NCBI GenBank assembly: GCA_963808975.1
Contig: CAWEHR010000012.1
Location: 23,139-87,138, forward strand
DNA: 64,000 nucleotides
Direction: 5' to 3'
DNA from: an uncultured Gammaproteobacteria bacterium
GTDB lineage: Bacteria > Pseudomonadota > Gammaproteobacteria > Pseudomonadales > JAHEGP01
Numbering within the stretch: the first letter of the stretch is position 1; each line of letters starts with the position of its first letter. Below the pieces are notes generated by a model. The model searched no databases. It saw only the letters and a list, made by a program, of their open reading frames with translations, and was not told the DNA's origin. A program made the translations under genes and the position numbers. Below are positions 1 through 9,432 of this stretch, in pieces.

Positions 1-1
1 T

Positions 2-790
2 GATGCTCGCCTGCTCGCTGGCCCGGTAACCAATGATTATGGCTTTGCGGTCGACCCTGCCACAGTGCCCACCGGCGGCGATGCGGTCGCTGAAGGGTAC
101 TTTTCGAACGATGGCTCCGGTGCATTCCAGTACTTCGCTCTAACTGCCTTGGGTGGCGATATCCTCAATCCAGGCGTCACTGAAGTCAGCGTTACCCTTG
201 CACAGTGCAGGGCAGGGGCAACACCCGGCGACCCCATTGAACTGCGAGTGCAGGGTGGCGTGCATAATCCGTCCGGCGGCACGGTCGCCATCAGAGACTG
301 GGGACCAACCACATTCGGTACGGTAACCGCAGTCACCGATGTGGAGCCCTTTGGAGTCTACAGCTTTCGAGTGAGAGAAGGTTTCACCGTGTGCCCGTCC
401 AGCGTAACCGTTGCGTTCAATGGTGTGTCCACAGTGGCCGCCGTAGCGGGCGGTTCGCCCGACGCTGATGGCGATGGTGTTCGGGATGACGTGGATAATT
501 GCATTGATGTGCCCAATGGTTCGCTGATCCCTGATGCTGGTGGTTTTATCCAGCGCGATACCGATGCAGATGGCTTTGGCAACATGTGCGATGCCGACCT
601 AACCAATGATAATGTGGTAAATCTTTCGGACTTCAGTCGCTTCAGGGCGGCTTTCGGGAAAACGGCACCGCTGAATCCTGAAGATGAGCACACTGACTTT
701 AATGGCGACGGTGCAATTAACCTGAGTGACTTTTCAGTATTCAGGGCATCGTTTGGTGGTGTACCCGGCCCCTCGGCCCTCAATCCATAG
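2..790 (+). CDS. 5'-partial protein with C-terminal thrombospondin type-3 repeats and a dockerin-like (paired DxNxDG) Ca-binding module
   Basis: Frame is open from base 2. Contains DADGDGVRDDVDNC, RDTDADGFGNMCDADLTNDNVVNLSDF and DFNGDGAINLSDFSVFRASFG, ending GPSALNP. Confidence 0.75.
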   Translation, partial: DARLLAGPVTNDYGFAVDPATVPTGGDAVAEGYFSNDGSGAFQYFALTALGGDILNPGVTEVSVTLAQCRAGATPGDPIELRVQGGVHNPSGGTVAIRDWGPTTFGTVTAVTDVEPFGVYSFRVREGFTVCPSSVTVAFNGVSTVAAVAGGSPDADGDGVRDDVDNCIDVPNGSLIPDAGGFIQRDTDADGFGNMCDADLTNDNVVNLSDFSRFRAAFGKTAPLNPEDEHTDFNGDGAINLSDFSVFRASFGGVPGPSALNP

Positions 791-878
791 TGACGGTCGG
801 TACACCCTGTAAACTAAAACACAGCACGGAAGGGCGGTGGCGAGCAACGCCAGGGCCCAAGCTAGAAGGAGGATAGTG

Positions 879-3800
879 ATGAACGATCACAACCAGCGCG
901 ACCACCGCAGTGGTGGTGTCGCGCATGATAACAAGGGCAGCGCTACTCGCCATCACCGACGAACCGCGCTGGGCACCTTCAACATCTTTGCGGCGATTGG
1001 CGCGCTGGGTGTTGCCGGCACCAGCATGGCAGCCGTAAACGTACCCTCGGATATGCCACCGAGCCCGCTATTCGGTGCGCAGTCGTTCGCGCAGCAGATG
1101 CTGCGTTTCGAGGAGTTCGCGGTATTGCCGATGCCGGCCCCCGAGGCCGGTCAGACGCGGACCTTTGAACCCCCTCCCACCTGTGAGGGCAGGCCGAGCA
1201 TCTCTGCTATGGAGAACCTGCTTGATGCGCCATTGTGGCCGGACCCAACGCCTGCCGTCAACGACAGTCTCGACAACCCCTGGGCAGCCATGATCGAGTT
1301 CTGTATTCCGGGCGTCGTCCCCACCGGGGGGGTCGCCGAGGGGCGGCCGCCGGGCGTGAGCTTTTCCCACCAGCGCTGGGATGAGTTTCCACCCATGGTG
1401 TATGTCCAGACCGCCCAGGGCGCGGCGCGCGAGAGTAACGGCCGTCTCGATAACTTTCAGAGCCACGGCTATGCGTTGGGTGAGTTCGCCCCCGGCGGAG
1501 GGTTGTACCACGATACCACGGGAGCTGGCGCCCTGGGTGGTTCGAACGGCACCACCAACGGGATTCAAATAAAATTCCATCCGTCCATGCCGATCCAGGA
1601 GCCGAATAGCCTCTGGACCTTCGGCGACGGCACACTGCCGCCGAAGCTGTTAAGGGTACGGTACGGCCAGCCGATTCTGTTTCGCCACTACAATGCGCTG
1701 CCGATTAGCGTGGGCGCGAACAACGGCTTCGGTGAGCACACTATCACCACCCACCAGCACAACGGTCACAACCCGGGGGAGGTCGACGGCTTTGCCGGCG
1801 CCTACTTCTTCCCCGGCCAGTTCTACGATTACCGCTGGCCCATGGTGCTGGCCGGCCATGACAGCATCAATGCCGATGCGCGTGACCCCCGCGCCTCTAC
1901 CCCCTGTTCGTTGGGCGAGACGCTGATGATTCCCGACGCCATCACGGGTATACCCAAGGCCAAGACCTGCGACCCGAATACCCTGACGGTGAACATTCCC
2001 GGGGACTGGCGCGAGATCATGAGCACCCACTGGTTCCACGACCACATGATCGACCGTACCTCGGAGAACGTCTACAAGGGCAATGCGGCGATGATGAACA
2101 TGTACACCGGGCTTGACCGTGGCAAGGAAGGGTTTCGTTGCGACTACAACGATACGCCCGAGCAGGACAACGTCAACCTGTGCTTTCCCAGCGGCACCGT
2201 CCTCGATTGGGGCAACCGCGATTACGATGTGCAGTTGCTGATCGCCGCGAAGGCCTGGAATTCGAGCGGACAGTTGGCCATGGCGCTGGGCCTCAATGAG
2301 GACGGCTTCCTGGGTGACCGGATGACCGTCAACTGGCTGTACGAGCCGTATCTTGAGGTGCGTCCCCGCCGCTACCGTTTTCGGGTTCTCAACGGTGCGG
2401 TGGCGCGCTTCTTCAAATTCGCGATTGTCGAGCAGGTGAATGGAAACGGAGGTGCGCTGGCTGGGCTTCCTGGCTCTAACGTATCCTACAATCGGGTCAA
2501 TTACCATATGATCGCCAACGACGGCAATATCATGGAGCACGCCATTCCCTTTGGTCCCGGCAACCCCAATGGCGTCGACCCGGACCTGCCGATACAGGCC
2601 ATCGCCGAACGCTTCGATATTATTATCGATTTCAGTCAGTTCAGCCCGGGTACCAAGCTCTACATGGTCAATACCCTGGCGCATGATGATGGTCGGGGAC
2701 CCAAGGATGTAATCCCCCTCGCCAATATACTCAACGGCACCTTCGCTCCCGTGCCGACGCTGACTGGCTGTGCCGATAATTGCTGGTCAGATGACCCCAC
2801 CGTCAAGCGGTTTTTGGAGTTCCGGGTGACCAATCCCTTGCAGGGCGCAGGCAACGACCTGAGCATGGATCCGAACCTGTACGCGCCTGTGTCCATGGGT
2901 GGTGGTGGCAAGACCATGATTCCGCTGGTGCAGTTCACCCAGGCGGAGCTCGACGGCGCGATCCACCGCACCTTCGACTTCACCCGCGGCGCTAATCCCG
3001 GGCGAGCAGCCAGCGACAATCGACCCACCCCCTGGGGTATCGTCACCGACGATGAGCCGGCTAACCTCACATGCGAAGAAGGCCCCCTGGATCCCGGTTT
3101 GTGCTCGCGCAATGCCGACGTGAACCGGGTCTCGGCTGCACCGGAAACCATCGGTGGTGGTGTGGAGATCTGGCACATCCGCAATGGCGGCGGTGGCTGG
3201 GGGCACCCGGTGCACATTCACTTTGAAGAGGGCCAGTACCTGGACCGCGATGGCGCCATTCCGCCTCCCTGGGAGGTGGGCGCGCGCAAGGACATGTACC
3301 GGGTATCGGGGCTGGATGACCCCGGCAGCAGCTCCAATATTACGGTTGCAATCCGCTTCCGGGAGTTTGCCGGTACCTACGTGGAGCACTGCCATAACAC
3401 CACCCACGAGGACAAGGCCATGCTGCTGCGCTGGGACAACGAAGTCCCGGGCCAGACCGTGCGTATCCCGACACCGCTGCCTACCTGGGACGGGGTGGGC
3501 TATGTCAGTGCGACCAATCCTCACTTCGGTGCAACGGAGGTACTCGAGTTGGCAACTATCAAAACCGGTAATGTCGCCGTGGCGGCGCTCTCTGACCTCG
3601 ACGGCGACGGCGTACTGGACAGCGCAGACAATTGCGTTGTCGTACCCAACCCGGGACAGGAAGATTTGCTCGACAGCGACGGCGTGGGCGATGCCTGCGA
3701 TAACTGCCAGATGATTGCCAACGCCAACCAGCGCGATACCAACGCCGACGGGTTCGGTAATGTCTGCGATGCGGATTTTAATGGCGATGGCGTGGTAAAC

Positions 3801-3950
3801 CTGAGCGACTTCAGCGCCTTCCGGGCTTCCTTCGGCAAGGCCGAGCATGATGCTGACATCAACGGTGATGGCACTGTAAATCTCAGCGATTTTTCTGCCT
3901 TTAGAGCGTTGTTTGGAGGCACCCCGGGACCCTCGGCCAGCAACCCGTAA
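879..3950 (+). CDS. Multicopper oxidase (McoA/bilirubin-oxidase-like) with C-terminal TSP3 plus dockerin-like module
   Basis: All four Cu motifs present: HQH(NGH), WFHDH, HPVHIH, HCHNTTHEDKAM. RBS AGGAGG precedes ATG 879. Possible twin-arginine leader (RRTAL plus hydrophobic stretch). Confidence 0.9.
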   Translation: MNDHNQRDHRSGGVAHDNKGSATRHHRRTALGTFNIFAAIGALGVAGTSMAAVNVPSDMPPSPLFGAQSFAQQMLRFEEFAVLPMPAPEAGQTRTFEPPPTCEGRPSISAMENLLDAPLWPDPTPAVNDSLDNPWAAMIEFCIPGVVPTGGVAEGRPPGVSFSHQRWDEFPPMVYVQTAQGAARESNGRLDNFQSHGYALGEFAPGGGLYHDTTGAGALGGSNGTTNGIQIKFHPSMPIQEPNSLWTFGDGTLPPKLLRVRYGQPILFRHYNALPISVGANNGFGEHTITTHQHNGHNPGEVDGFAGAYFFPGQFYDYRWPMVLAGHDSINADARDPRASTPCSLGETLMIPDAITGIPKAKTCDPNTLTVNIPGDWREIMSTHWFHDHMIDRTSENVYKGNAAMMNMYTGLDRGKEGFRCDYNDTPEQDNVNLCFPSGTVLDWGNRDYDVQLLIAAKAWNSSGQLAMALGLNEDGFLGDRMTVNWLYEPYLEVRPRRYRFRVLNGAVARFFKFAIVEQVNGNGGALAGLPGSNVSYNRVNYHMIANDGNIMEHAIPFGPGNPNGVDPDLPIQAIAERFDIIIDFSQFSPGTKLYMVNTLAHDDGRGPKDVIPLANILNGTFAPVPTLTGCADNCWSDDPTVKRFLEFRVTNPLQGAGNDLSMDPNLYAPVSMGGGGKTMIPLVQFTQAELDGAIHRTFDFTRGANPGRAASDNRPTPWGIVTDDEPANLTCEEGPLDPGLCSRNADVNRVSAAPETIGGGVEIWHIRNGGGGWGHPVHIHFEEGQYLDRDGAIPPPWEVGARKDMYRVSGLDDPGSSSNITVAIRFREFAGTYVEHCHNTTHEDKAMLLRWDNEVPGQTVRIPTPLPTWDGVGYVSATNPHFGATEVLELATIKTGNVAVAALSDLDGDGVLDSADNCVVVPNPGQEDLLDSDGVGDACDNCQMIANANQRDTNADGFGNVCDADFNGDGVVNLSDFSAFRASFGKAEHDADINGDGTVNLSDFSAFRALFGGTPGPSASNP

Positions 3951-4179
3951 GTCCGGCCACAGGCGCAGCCTGGCAACTGCGCTGCGCCAGGGCCGGTCGA
4001 CTAGAAAGTTATCGCGGTACATTGCGGCTGTCAGTCGCAGACGTCCCAGGAGAGAGGGGGTAGCGGCCGCCGGGTGGCGGTCCAGTTTCTAAATAACGCT
4101 GGAAGGGCCAGGCACAGGGTTGCAACCGGTCGCAAGCTTTGAGCCCGCCCACTACTGGCATCAGGTTAACGAGGTAGTT

Positions 4180-5268
4180 ATGAGTTGTGCACGCACCACA
4201 GCAGGGCGCTGGCGAGCAATGGCCGCCGGAGTGCTGCTTTTCATCAGTGCCCTGCTGTTGGCGGTGAATAAGGCCAGCGCGGGGCCGGATTTCCCCAATG
4301 TTGCCCTCACCAACCAGGACGGCGAGACCCTGCGTTTCTACGATGACATGATCAAGGGCAAGGTGGTGTCTATCAACTTCATGTTTACCAGTTGCGGCGA
4401 TTCCTGCCCGCTGGAGACTGCCAAGCTGCGCACGGTGCAGAAAATGCTCGGCGAGCATTCCGGCAAAGATGTGTACATGTATTCCATTACGGTGGATCCC
4501 GACCGCGATACGCCGGAGGTACTCAAGGCCTACATGCAAAAATTCGATGTCGGGCCCGGCTGGCAATTTCTCACCGGCAAAAAGGAAGACATCGATTTGG
4601 TGCGTGATACCCTGGGCATGCTCAGCGCCGATGAGCAGGAACTCAGCGACCATGCCATCAATTTTGTGCTGGGTAACGAGGAGACCGGGCAGTGGTTCAA
4701 GCGCACCCCCTTTGATATTCCGGAGGCCCTGGTGTCCCTGCTGCTGGGTCGCCTGCAGCAGCACCGCTTGACAGCTTCTGCGGCTGCGACCTTTCCAAGC
4801 TACGCGCAGAGCAGTGCCCTGCCTCCCTCCCGCCCCGGCGAAGATTTGTACAATACCCGCTGCACGGCTTGCCACACCATTGGCGAGGGTGACAAGCTGG
4901 GGCCCGATCTGCTGGGTGTCGTGGCTAAACGGGATCGCCAGTGGCTGGTGCGCTGGCTGCAGGAGCCCGACGCGATGATTGCGGAAAAGGACCCCCTGGC
5001 CATGGCGTTGTACACCCAGTACAACAACCTGGCCATGCCCAATGTGAAGCTGACGGAACAGCAGGCGCTCGATCTGATCGAGTACATGCAGGCGGCAACC
5101 GAGAGGGTGACTGCCGCAAGGCGTGCCCAATCGCCAGCAGGCAGCCTCGATGGCATGATAACGGCGCCGCGGGAGCAGCCCGGCAGTCAGGCGACGCCCA
5201 ACTCCGGCGACGGTGCACTGCCGGACCAGGCAAGCCTGGAAACCTCACCGTATGGCGAGGCTCGATAG
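4180..5268 (+). CDS. SCO1/SenC copper chaperone fused to cytochrome c
   Basis: FMFTSCGDSCP (CxxxCP) thioredoxin-like SCO domain; CTACH heme-c motif with downstream AMP; N-terminal signal; GAGG RBS. Confidence 0.9.
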   Translation: MSCARTTAGRWRAMAAGVLLFISALLLAVNKASAGPDFPNVALTNQDGETLRFYDDMIKGKVVSINFMFTSCGDSCPLETAKLRTVQKMLGEHSGKDVYMYSITVDPDRDTPEVLKAYMQKFDVGPGWQFLTGKKEDIDLVRDTLGMLSADEQELSDHAINFVLGNEETGQWFKRTPFDIPEALVSLLLGRLQQHRLTASAAATFPSYAQSSALPPSRPGEDLYNTRCTACHTIGEGDKLGPDLLGVVAKRDRQWLVRWLQEPDAMIAEKDPLAMALYTQYNNLAMPNVKLTEQQALDLIEYMQAATERVTAARRAQSPAGSLDGMITAPREQPGSQATPNSGDGALPDQASLETSPYGEAR

Positions 5269-5284
5269 TACGGAGGACAATACC

Positions 5285-6043
5285 GTGCCATTGTACTTGA
5301 ACAACAAGAAACTCGCCGCAGGCGTTTTTGCCATGTTTTGCCTGCTGCCCCGCACGCTGGTTCTAGCGGCCAATATCGACCAGCTCGACGACTTTGAGGA
5401 CAATACCCTGCAGGGTTGGGCGATGGGAGTCCCCTCGGTCACAGAGAACTTTATGAGCATCGTCGCCGATGGAGGGCCCGGCGGTGCAGGCGACAGCTAC
5501 CTGGCGGTACGATCTGACGGCACACTTACTGTCGGCGGTGGCAGGAAGCTGACATTTTTCAACCGCGAGCAGTGGACCGGAAACTACACCGCCGCGGGGA
5601 TTACCGCGATCGCCATGGACCTGAAGAATTTCAGCACCGACCAGATCTTGAACATGCGGCTCGCCATCAACGGCGGTTTCGGACCCAGCAGCAGTATGAC
5701 AGGCGGGGTATTTATCAGTGCGTCCACCGCCACCCTGGCTGTTGGTAGCGGCTGGACCCGGGCGGTGTTCTCGTTATTGCCCAGCGACCTGATTGCCATC
5801 AGCGGCGGTATTGGCGGCAACACCGCCGGCAACGATGTGGCCGCAACATTGGCTAACGTGCTGGAATTGCGCCTCTTGAATAGCGAGGCAGATAGCTGGA
5901 GCGGACTTACCGTCACCGCCAGCGTCGGTGTCGACAACATCCAGGTGGTGCCATTGCCGCCTGCCTTTGCTATGTTCGGCTCGGCACTGATGGCGCTGGT
6001 GGCACTCCTGCTGGGGCGGCGCAAGCTAATATTTTGGAAGTAA
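5285..6043 (+). CDS. Exported protein with VPLPA/PEP-CTERM-like sorting signal
   Basis: Signal peptide; C-terminus VPLPPAFAMFGSALMALVALLLGRRK (motif, TM helix, basic tail); GGAGG RBS before GTG 5285. Confidence 0.75.
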   Translation: MPLYLNNKKLAAGVFAMFCLLPRTLVLAANIDQLDDFEDNTLQGWAMGVPSVTENFMSIVADGGPGGAGDSYLAVRSDGTLTVGGGRKLTFFNREQWTGNYTAAGITAIAMDLKNFSTDQILNMRLAINGGFGPSSSMTGGVFISASTATLAVGSGWTRAVFSLLPSDLIAISGGIGGNTAGNDVAATLANVLELRLLNSEADSWSGLTVTASVGVDNIQVVPLPPAFAMFGSALMALVALLLGRRKLIFWK

Positions 6044-6100
6044 TGGCCGGTGACTCAGCCGGCCTGTTGTAGCAATCAGTTGCAAGAGGAAACTGAAAAA

Positions 6101-6520
6101 ATGAAGTTCTGCTCCATAGTAGGTGTTGCATTGCTGGCAATGTCATCGATGCTTGTCTCGCCCCACAATGCGAATGCATCGGGGGCCGCAAGCAGTGCGC
6201 ACCCGAAGCAACAGGCGAGTGCATCCGAGGCCCAAAAAGCTGTCGCGAAAATGTCGAAACCCAGTGAAGCTGAGGCGATAGAGGCGGCAGTCGCCTACCT
6301 GACCCGCGACGGTAAATTAACCGTGGAAGAGACCGAATTCCTCACGTGGGGCATCTACAGTGAACAATACGTTTACTGGCCGATGAAATTTCGCATGCGC
6401 TACAAGCGCAAAGACTCGGATAAGCCGAGGACCAATGACTACGCGCTGAAGATTTTCAAGGGTCCCGATGGCAACTGGCAGGCCGCGCAGTATTATGCCT
6501 GGCGGACAGACTTCAAATAG
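6101..6520 (+). CDS. Hypothetical exported protein
   Basis: GAGGA RBS; signal peptide MKFCSIVGVALLAMSSMLVSPHNANA. Confidence 0.65.
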   Translation: MKFCSIVGVALLAMSSMLVSPHNANASGAASSAHPKQQASASEAQKAVAKMSKPSEAEAIEAAVAYLTRDGKLTVEETEFLTWGIYSEQYVYWPMKFRMRYKRKDSDKPRTNDYALKIFKGPDGNWQAAQYYAWRTDFK

Positions 6521-6752
6521 CAAGTCAGCGGCACATCACGATAAATCCCGGGTCTGGAAATCCCGTGTATGGCGCAGGCTTGGGTTGCAAACCATTGACG
6601 ATGCGGCCACGCGTGCAGGCGAAGCAGCGTTAAAGCCGCGGCGCGCGGGCCTCGGCTTTTCTTCAGGGTAGGGGTATAAAAAGGGGTAAGGAGGTGCTGG
6701 CGGCCGACAGCCTGGCAGTTTGATGGCCGTCGCGTCGGCAGAGACCGGTTGA

Positions 6753-7016
6753 TCAGGCCATTGCCTTGATCTGCGCATTCAGCCGGCTTTTATGCCGCGA
6801 TGCCTTGTTCTTGTGCAGGATGCCCTTGTCGGCCATGCGATCGATAACCGGTACGGCTTGGGCATAGGCCTGTTGCGCCGCTGCCTTGTCGCCATTGGCG
6901 GTAGCCGCATTCACTTTCTTGATGTAGGTACGCACCATGGAGCTCAAGCTCGCATTGTGGCGGCGACGGACTTCTGCCTGGCGCGCGCGCTTTTTTGCCT
7001 GGGGTGAGTTTGCCAC
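6753..7016 (-). CDS. rpsT: 30S ribosomal protein S20
   Basis: [15 protein letters not shown]...[12 protein letters not shown], 87 aa. Confidence 0.98.
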   Translation of the reverse strand: MANSPQAKKRARQAEVRRRHNASLSSMVRTYIKKVNAATANGDKAAAQQAYAQAVPVIDRMADKGILHKNKASRHKSRLNAQIKAMA

Positions 7017-7132
7017 GGATATTCCTCGGTCAATAAACTGGAGCGCGGATTATTCCGATTTGGCCTCTACTTGTCAATATTTCTGGCGCTTTCGTTGATA
7101 TTGGCCGCCTGCACTGCCTGCGCCGGCCCTGC

Positions 7133-7576
7133 CTAACCCCACCAGCGCTGCCAGGCGATCATGCCCCATACCAGCAACACGGTCATATTACTGACGAACA
7201 CCAGCGCGGAGCCCAGGTCCTTGGCCTGGCCCGAGAGCGGGTGGTGTTCGGGGCCAATGCGGTCGACGATGGACTCGATGGCGGTGTTGGTCAACTCGGC
7301 GAAAATCACCAGGATACAGCTCAGCAACAGCAACAGGATTTCGACGGTGGTCTGGCCCAGCCAGAAAGCGGCGGGGAAGAGCGCCAGCGCCAGCAGCATT
7401 TCCTGGCGAAAGGCCTCCTCCTGCTGCCAGGCCGCGCGAAAGCCCTTGAAGGAAAATGCTGTGGCGGCGACCAGTCGTTTCAGCCCGCGGTTGCCGGGCT
7501 TGCTCATGTCGGCCCTGGCGGCGTTGTTGCTGTCGGCGTTTTGGTTGCGCCGGGGTTGCTTGGGGGAAGACTCCAT
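7133..7576 (-). CDS. dgkA: Diacylglycerol kinase (start may be 7507)
   Basis: EEAFRQE, ELTNTAIESIVDRIG, AKDLGSA motifs. Confidence 0.93.
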   Translation of the reverse strand: MESSPKQPRRNQNADSNNAARADMSKPGNRGLKRLVAATAFSFKGFRAAWQQEEAFRQEMLLALALFPAAFWLGQTTVEILLLLLSCILVIFAELTNTAIESIVDRIGPEHHPLSGQAKDLGSALVFVSNMTVLLVWGMIAWQRWWG

Positions 7577-7673
7577 AAAATCAGCCCTGCTGTTACCGCT
7601 TGCAATCATTGGCGCCGAGCTTAACGCAGGGCACTGCCGATAGGGCGATTGTTAGGGTTATCCCGCTATTGCG

Positions 7674-8012
7674 CTAGTCCCCTTGCTGGCACGACTGCCT
7701 CGCTGCTGCCAGTTGCCGCTGGTGGCAACCGCTGCGCGCATCGCGACTGACACACCAGATCCTGCGGTTGTCCCAGGCCGTCAGCGCACGAACCTGGCCG
7801 TTGGAACAGCGCACGGTGTAGCGCGAGTATTTTTTGCCGTCGTCGGTATTGGCATCGCCCTCGAAGCTTATGCGGGTGGGTGTCGCGGCATACACCCCCG
7901 GGGCGCAAAGCAGGCAAAGCGCGACGCCCAGCCCGATTAGGGTTGCCGTGCCGGCGATAAATGCAGTGCGCAACCGCGGTCGGCCGTCGAGTGCTGGGGA
8001 CAGCCGGCGCAT
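7674..8012 (-). CDS. Hypothetical small exported Cys-containing protein
   Basis: Hydrophobic leader and Cys-containing mature part; co-oriented and closely spaced with neighbours. Confidence 0.55.
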   Translation of the reverse strand: MRRLSPALDGRPRLRTAFIAGTATLIGLGVALCLLCAPGVYAATPTRISFEGDANTDDGKKYSRYTVRCSNGQVRALTAWDNRRIWCVSRDARSGCHQRQLAAARQSCQQGD

Positions 8013-8021
8013 TCTCCCCGC

Positions 8022-8621
8022 CTAGTCGCTGGCGACGGTCGGGGGAAAATCTTCAAACATCTTGGTCAGCGCCTTGCGCAGGTCCTGCTCTTTCTGGGCC
8101 GGGCTCGACGATGGCTCCAGTACGCTGTCCATGGTGCCCCGCCACACCAGTTTATTGCTTAAGGCGTCAACGATATCGACCACGATGTTGCCCTGGGTGT
8201 AGTAACTGACCGAGGTATGGGTGCTACCCGCTCCCCAGGGGCCGTAGCCGTAATAGCCCCAGCCGTAGTAACCCCATCCGGGCCCATAGCCACCGTAGGT
8301 GTTGTAGGTATTGATAGCTACCCGATCCTCGGTGATCACCGAATAGTTGACATAGAAATCCGGGTTGTCGTCCTGGTACAGGCCCTTGGCGGCCAGGGTT
8401 TCGTTGATGACCCGCTTGATGCGGGTGGCGAAGATGTCACCTCCCATCACATCGAGCGCCGCATTTTCCCTGACGCCGTCAGGGTGCCACTGGTAACTGC
8501 GATACTGGCTGAAATCCTGGTCCAGCGCGTAGTCGGCGCTGACATTGATGGTGCTGCAGCCAACCACAGTCACCAGCATCGACAGCAGCAGCGATGGTGC
8601 TAATAAGGAAAGGCTTCTCAT
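8022..8621 (-). CDS. DUF4136-family lipoprotein
   Basis: Lipobox VVGC; DFSQYRSYQW, PDFYVNY, YTQGNIVVDIVD...LVWRG, FPP. Confidence 0.85.
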   Translation of the reverse strand: MRSLSLLAPSLLLSMLVTVVGCSTINVSADYALDQDFSQYRSYQWHPDGVRENAALDVMGGDIFATRIKRVINETLAAKGLYQDDNPDFYVNYSVITEDRVAINTYNTYGGYGPGWGYYGWGYYGYGPWGAGSTHTSVSYYTQGNIVVDIVDALSNKLVWRGTMDSVLEPSSSPAQKEQDLRKALTKMFEDFPPTVASD

Positions 8622-8648
8622 CCTGTATCTCCCCGGTTTCCCCTGGGC

Positions 8649-9233
8649 TTACTGGGTGCCGGTGTTGGGTGGGAAATTCGCCAGGATCTTCGCGATCAGG
8701 TCCCGGGTTCCCTGCTCCCGTTGCTCGGGTTTGGCGTTTTTCGGTATGCGGCCCTCGGCGGTGCCGCGCCAGACCAGCGTGTTGTCGGGCAGCAGGATAT
8801 CGACAATCAACTGGCCCTGTTTGTAATTGACCACCTGGGTGGTCGTGGTGCCCATGCCGCCGTAACCGTAGTAGCCATGGTAGCCAAAGCCCGGCGCCAT
8901 GCCACCGTAGGTGTTGTAGGTTTGGATATCCTGGCGGTCCTCGGTGAGTACATCGTAATTGACCCTGAAGTCCACCGGGCCTTCGTTTTTCAGGATAAAT
9001 CCCTTGGCCTGGAGCTGGGCGTCGATGTTGTAGCGTACCCGCTTGTCGAAGATATCGCCGCCCAGGTAATCCAGCGAGCGGGGGTCGCGCAGGGCGGTGT
9101 TGAACCAGTTGTAGGTCTTGAATGCCTGGAAGTCGGTTTCGGGTGTGTAGTCAGAGTCTACCTTCACCGGGTTGGAGCACCCCGCCAGCAGCAGCAAGCC
9201 CAGCAGGGCAGGTAATACACGAGCAGCAATCAT
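8649..9233 (-). CDS. DUF4136-family lipoprotein (paralog)
   Basis: Lipobox LAGC; YKQGQLIVDIL...LVWRG, FPP. Confidence 0.85.
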   Translation of the reverse strand: MIAARVLPALLGLLLLAGCSNPVKVDSDYTPETDFQAFKTYNWFNTALRDPRSLDYLGGDIFDKRVRYNIDAQLQAKGFILKNEGPVDFRVNYDVLTEDRQDIQTYNTYGGMAPGFGYHGYYGYGGMGTTTTQVVNYKQGQLIVDILLPDNTLVWRGTAEGRIPKNAKPEQREQGTRDLIAKILANFPPNTGTQ

Positions 9234-9432
9234 TGAGTTCTCCATCAGGGTGTCCATTGTCGATATGACAATCATACCCGCTAAGAAGTTGCCGCGAAAA
9301 GGGTTTGCGCTGCGCTTTGCGGTTTTAAGGCAGGCCGGCTGGCGGGGTGGTGGCGCCGTAAATGGATGACGCGACGGCCACTATCGGTTAAGGTTCGCCT
9401 CCTTGACGCCACTTTCCACCCGACGCCCCAAG

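Noticed and set aside
6543-6572. 15-bp imperfect tandem duplication AAATCCCG(G/T)GT(C/A)TGG
   Set aside because: Only two copies in an intergenic region, with no evident function.
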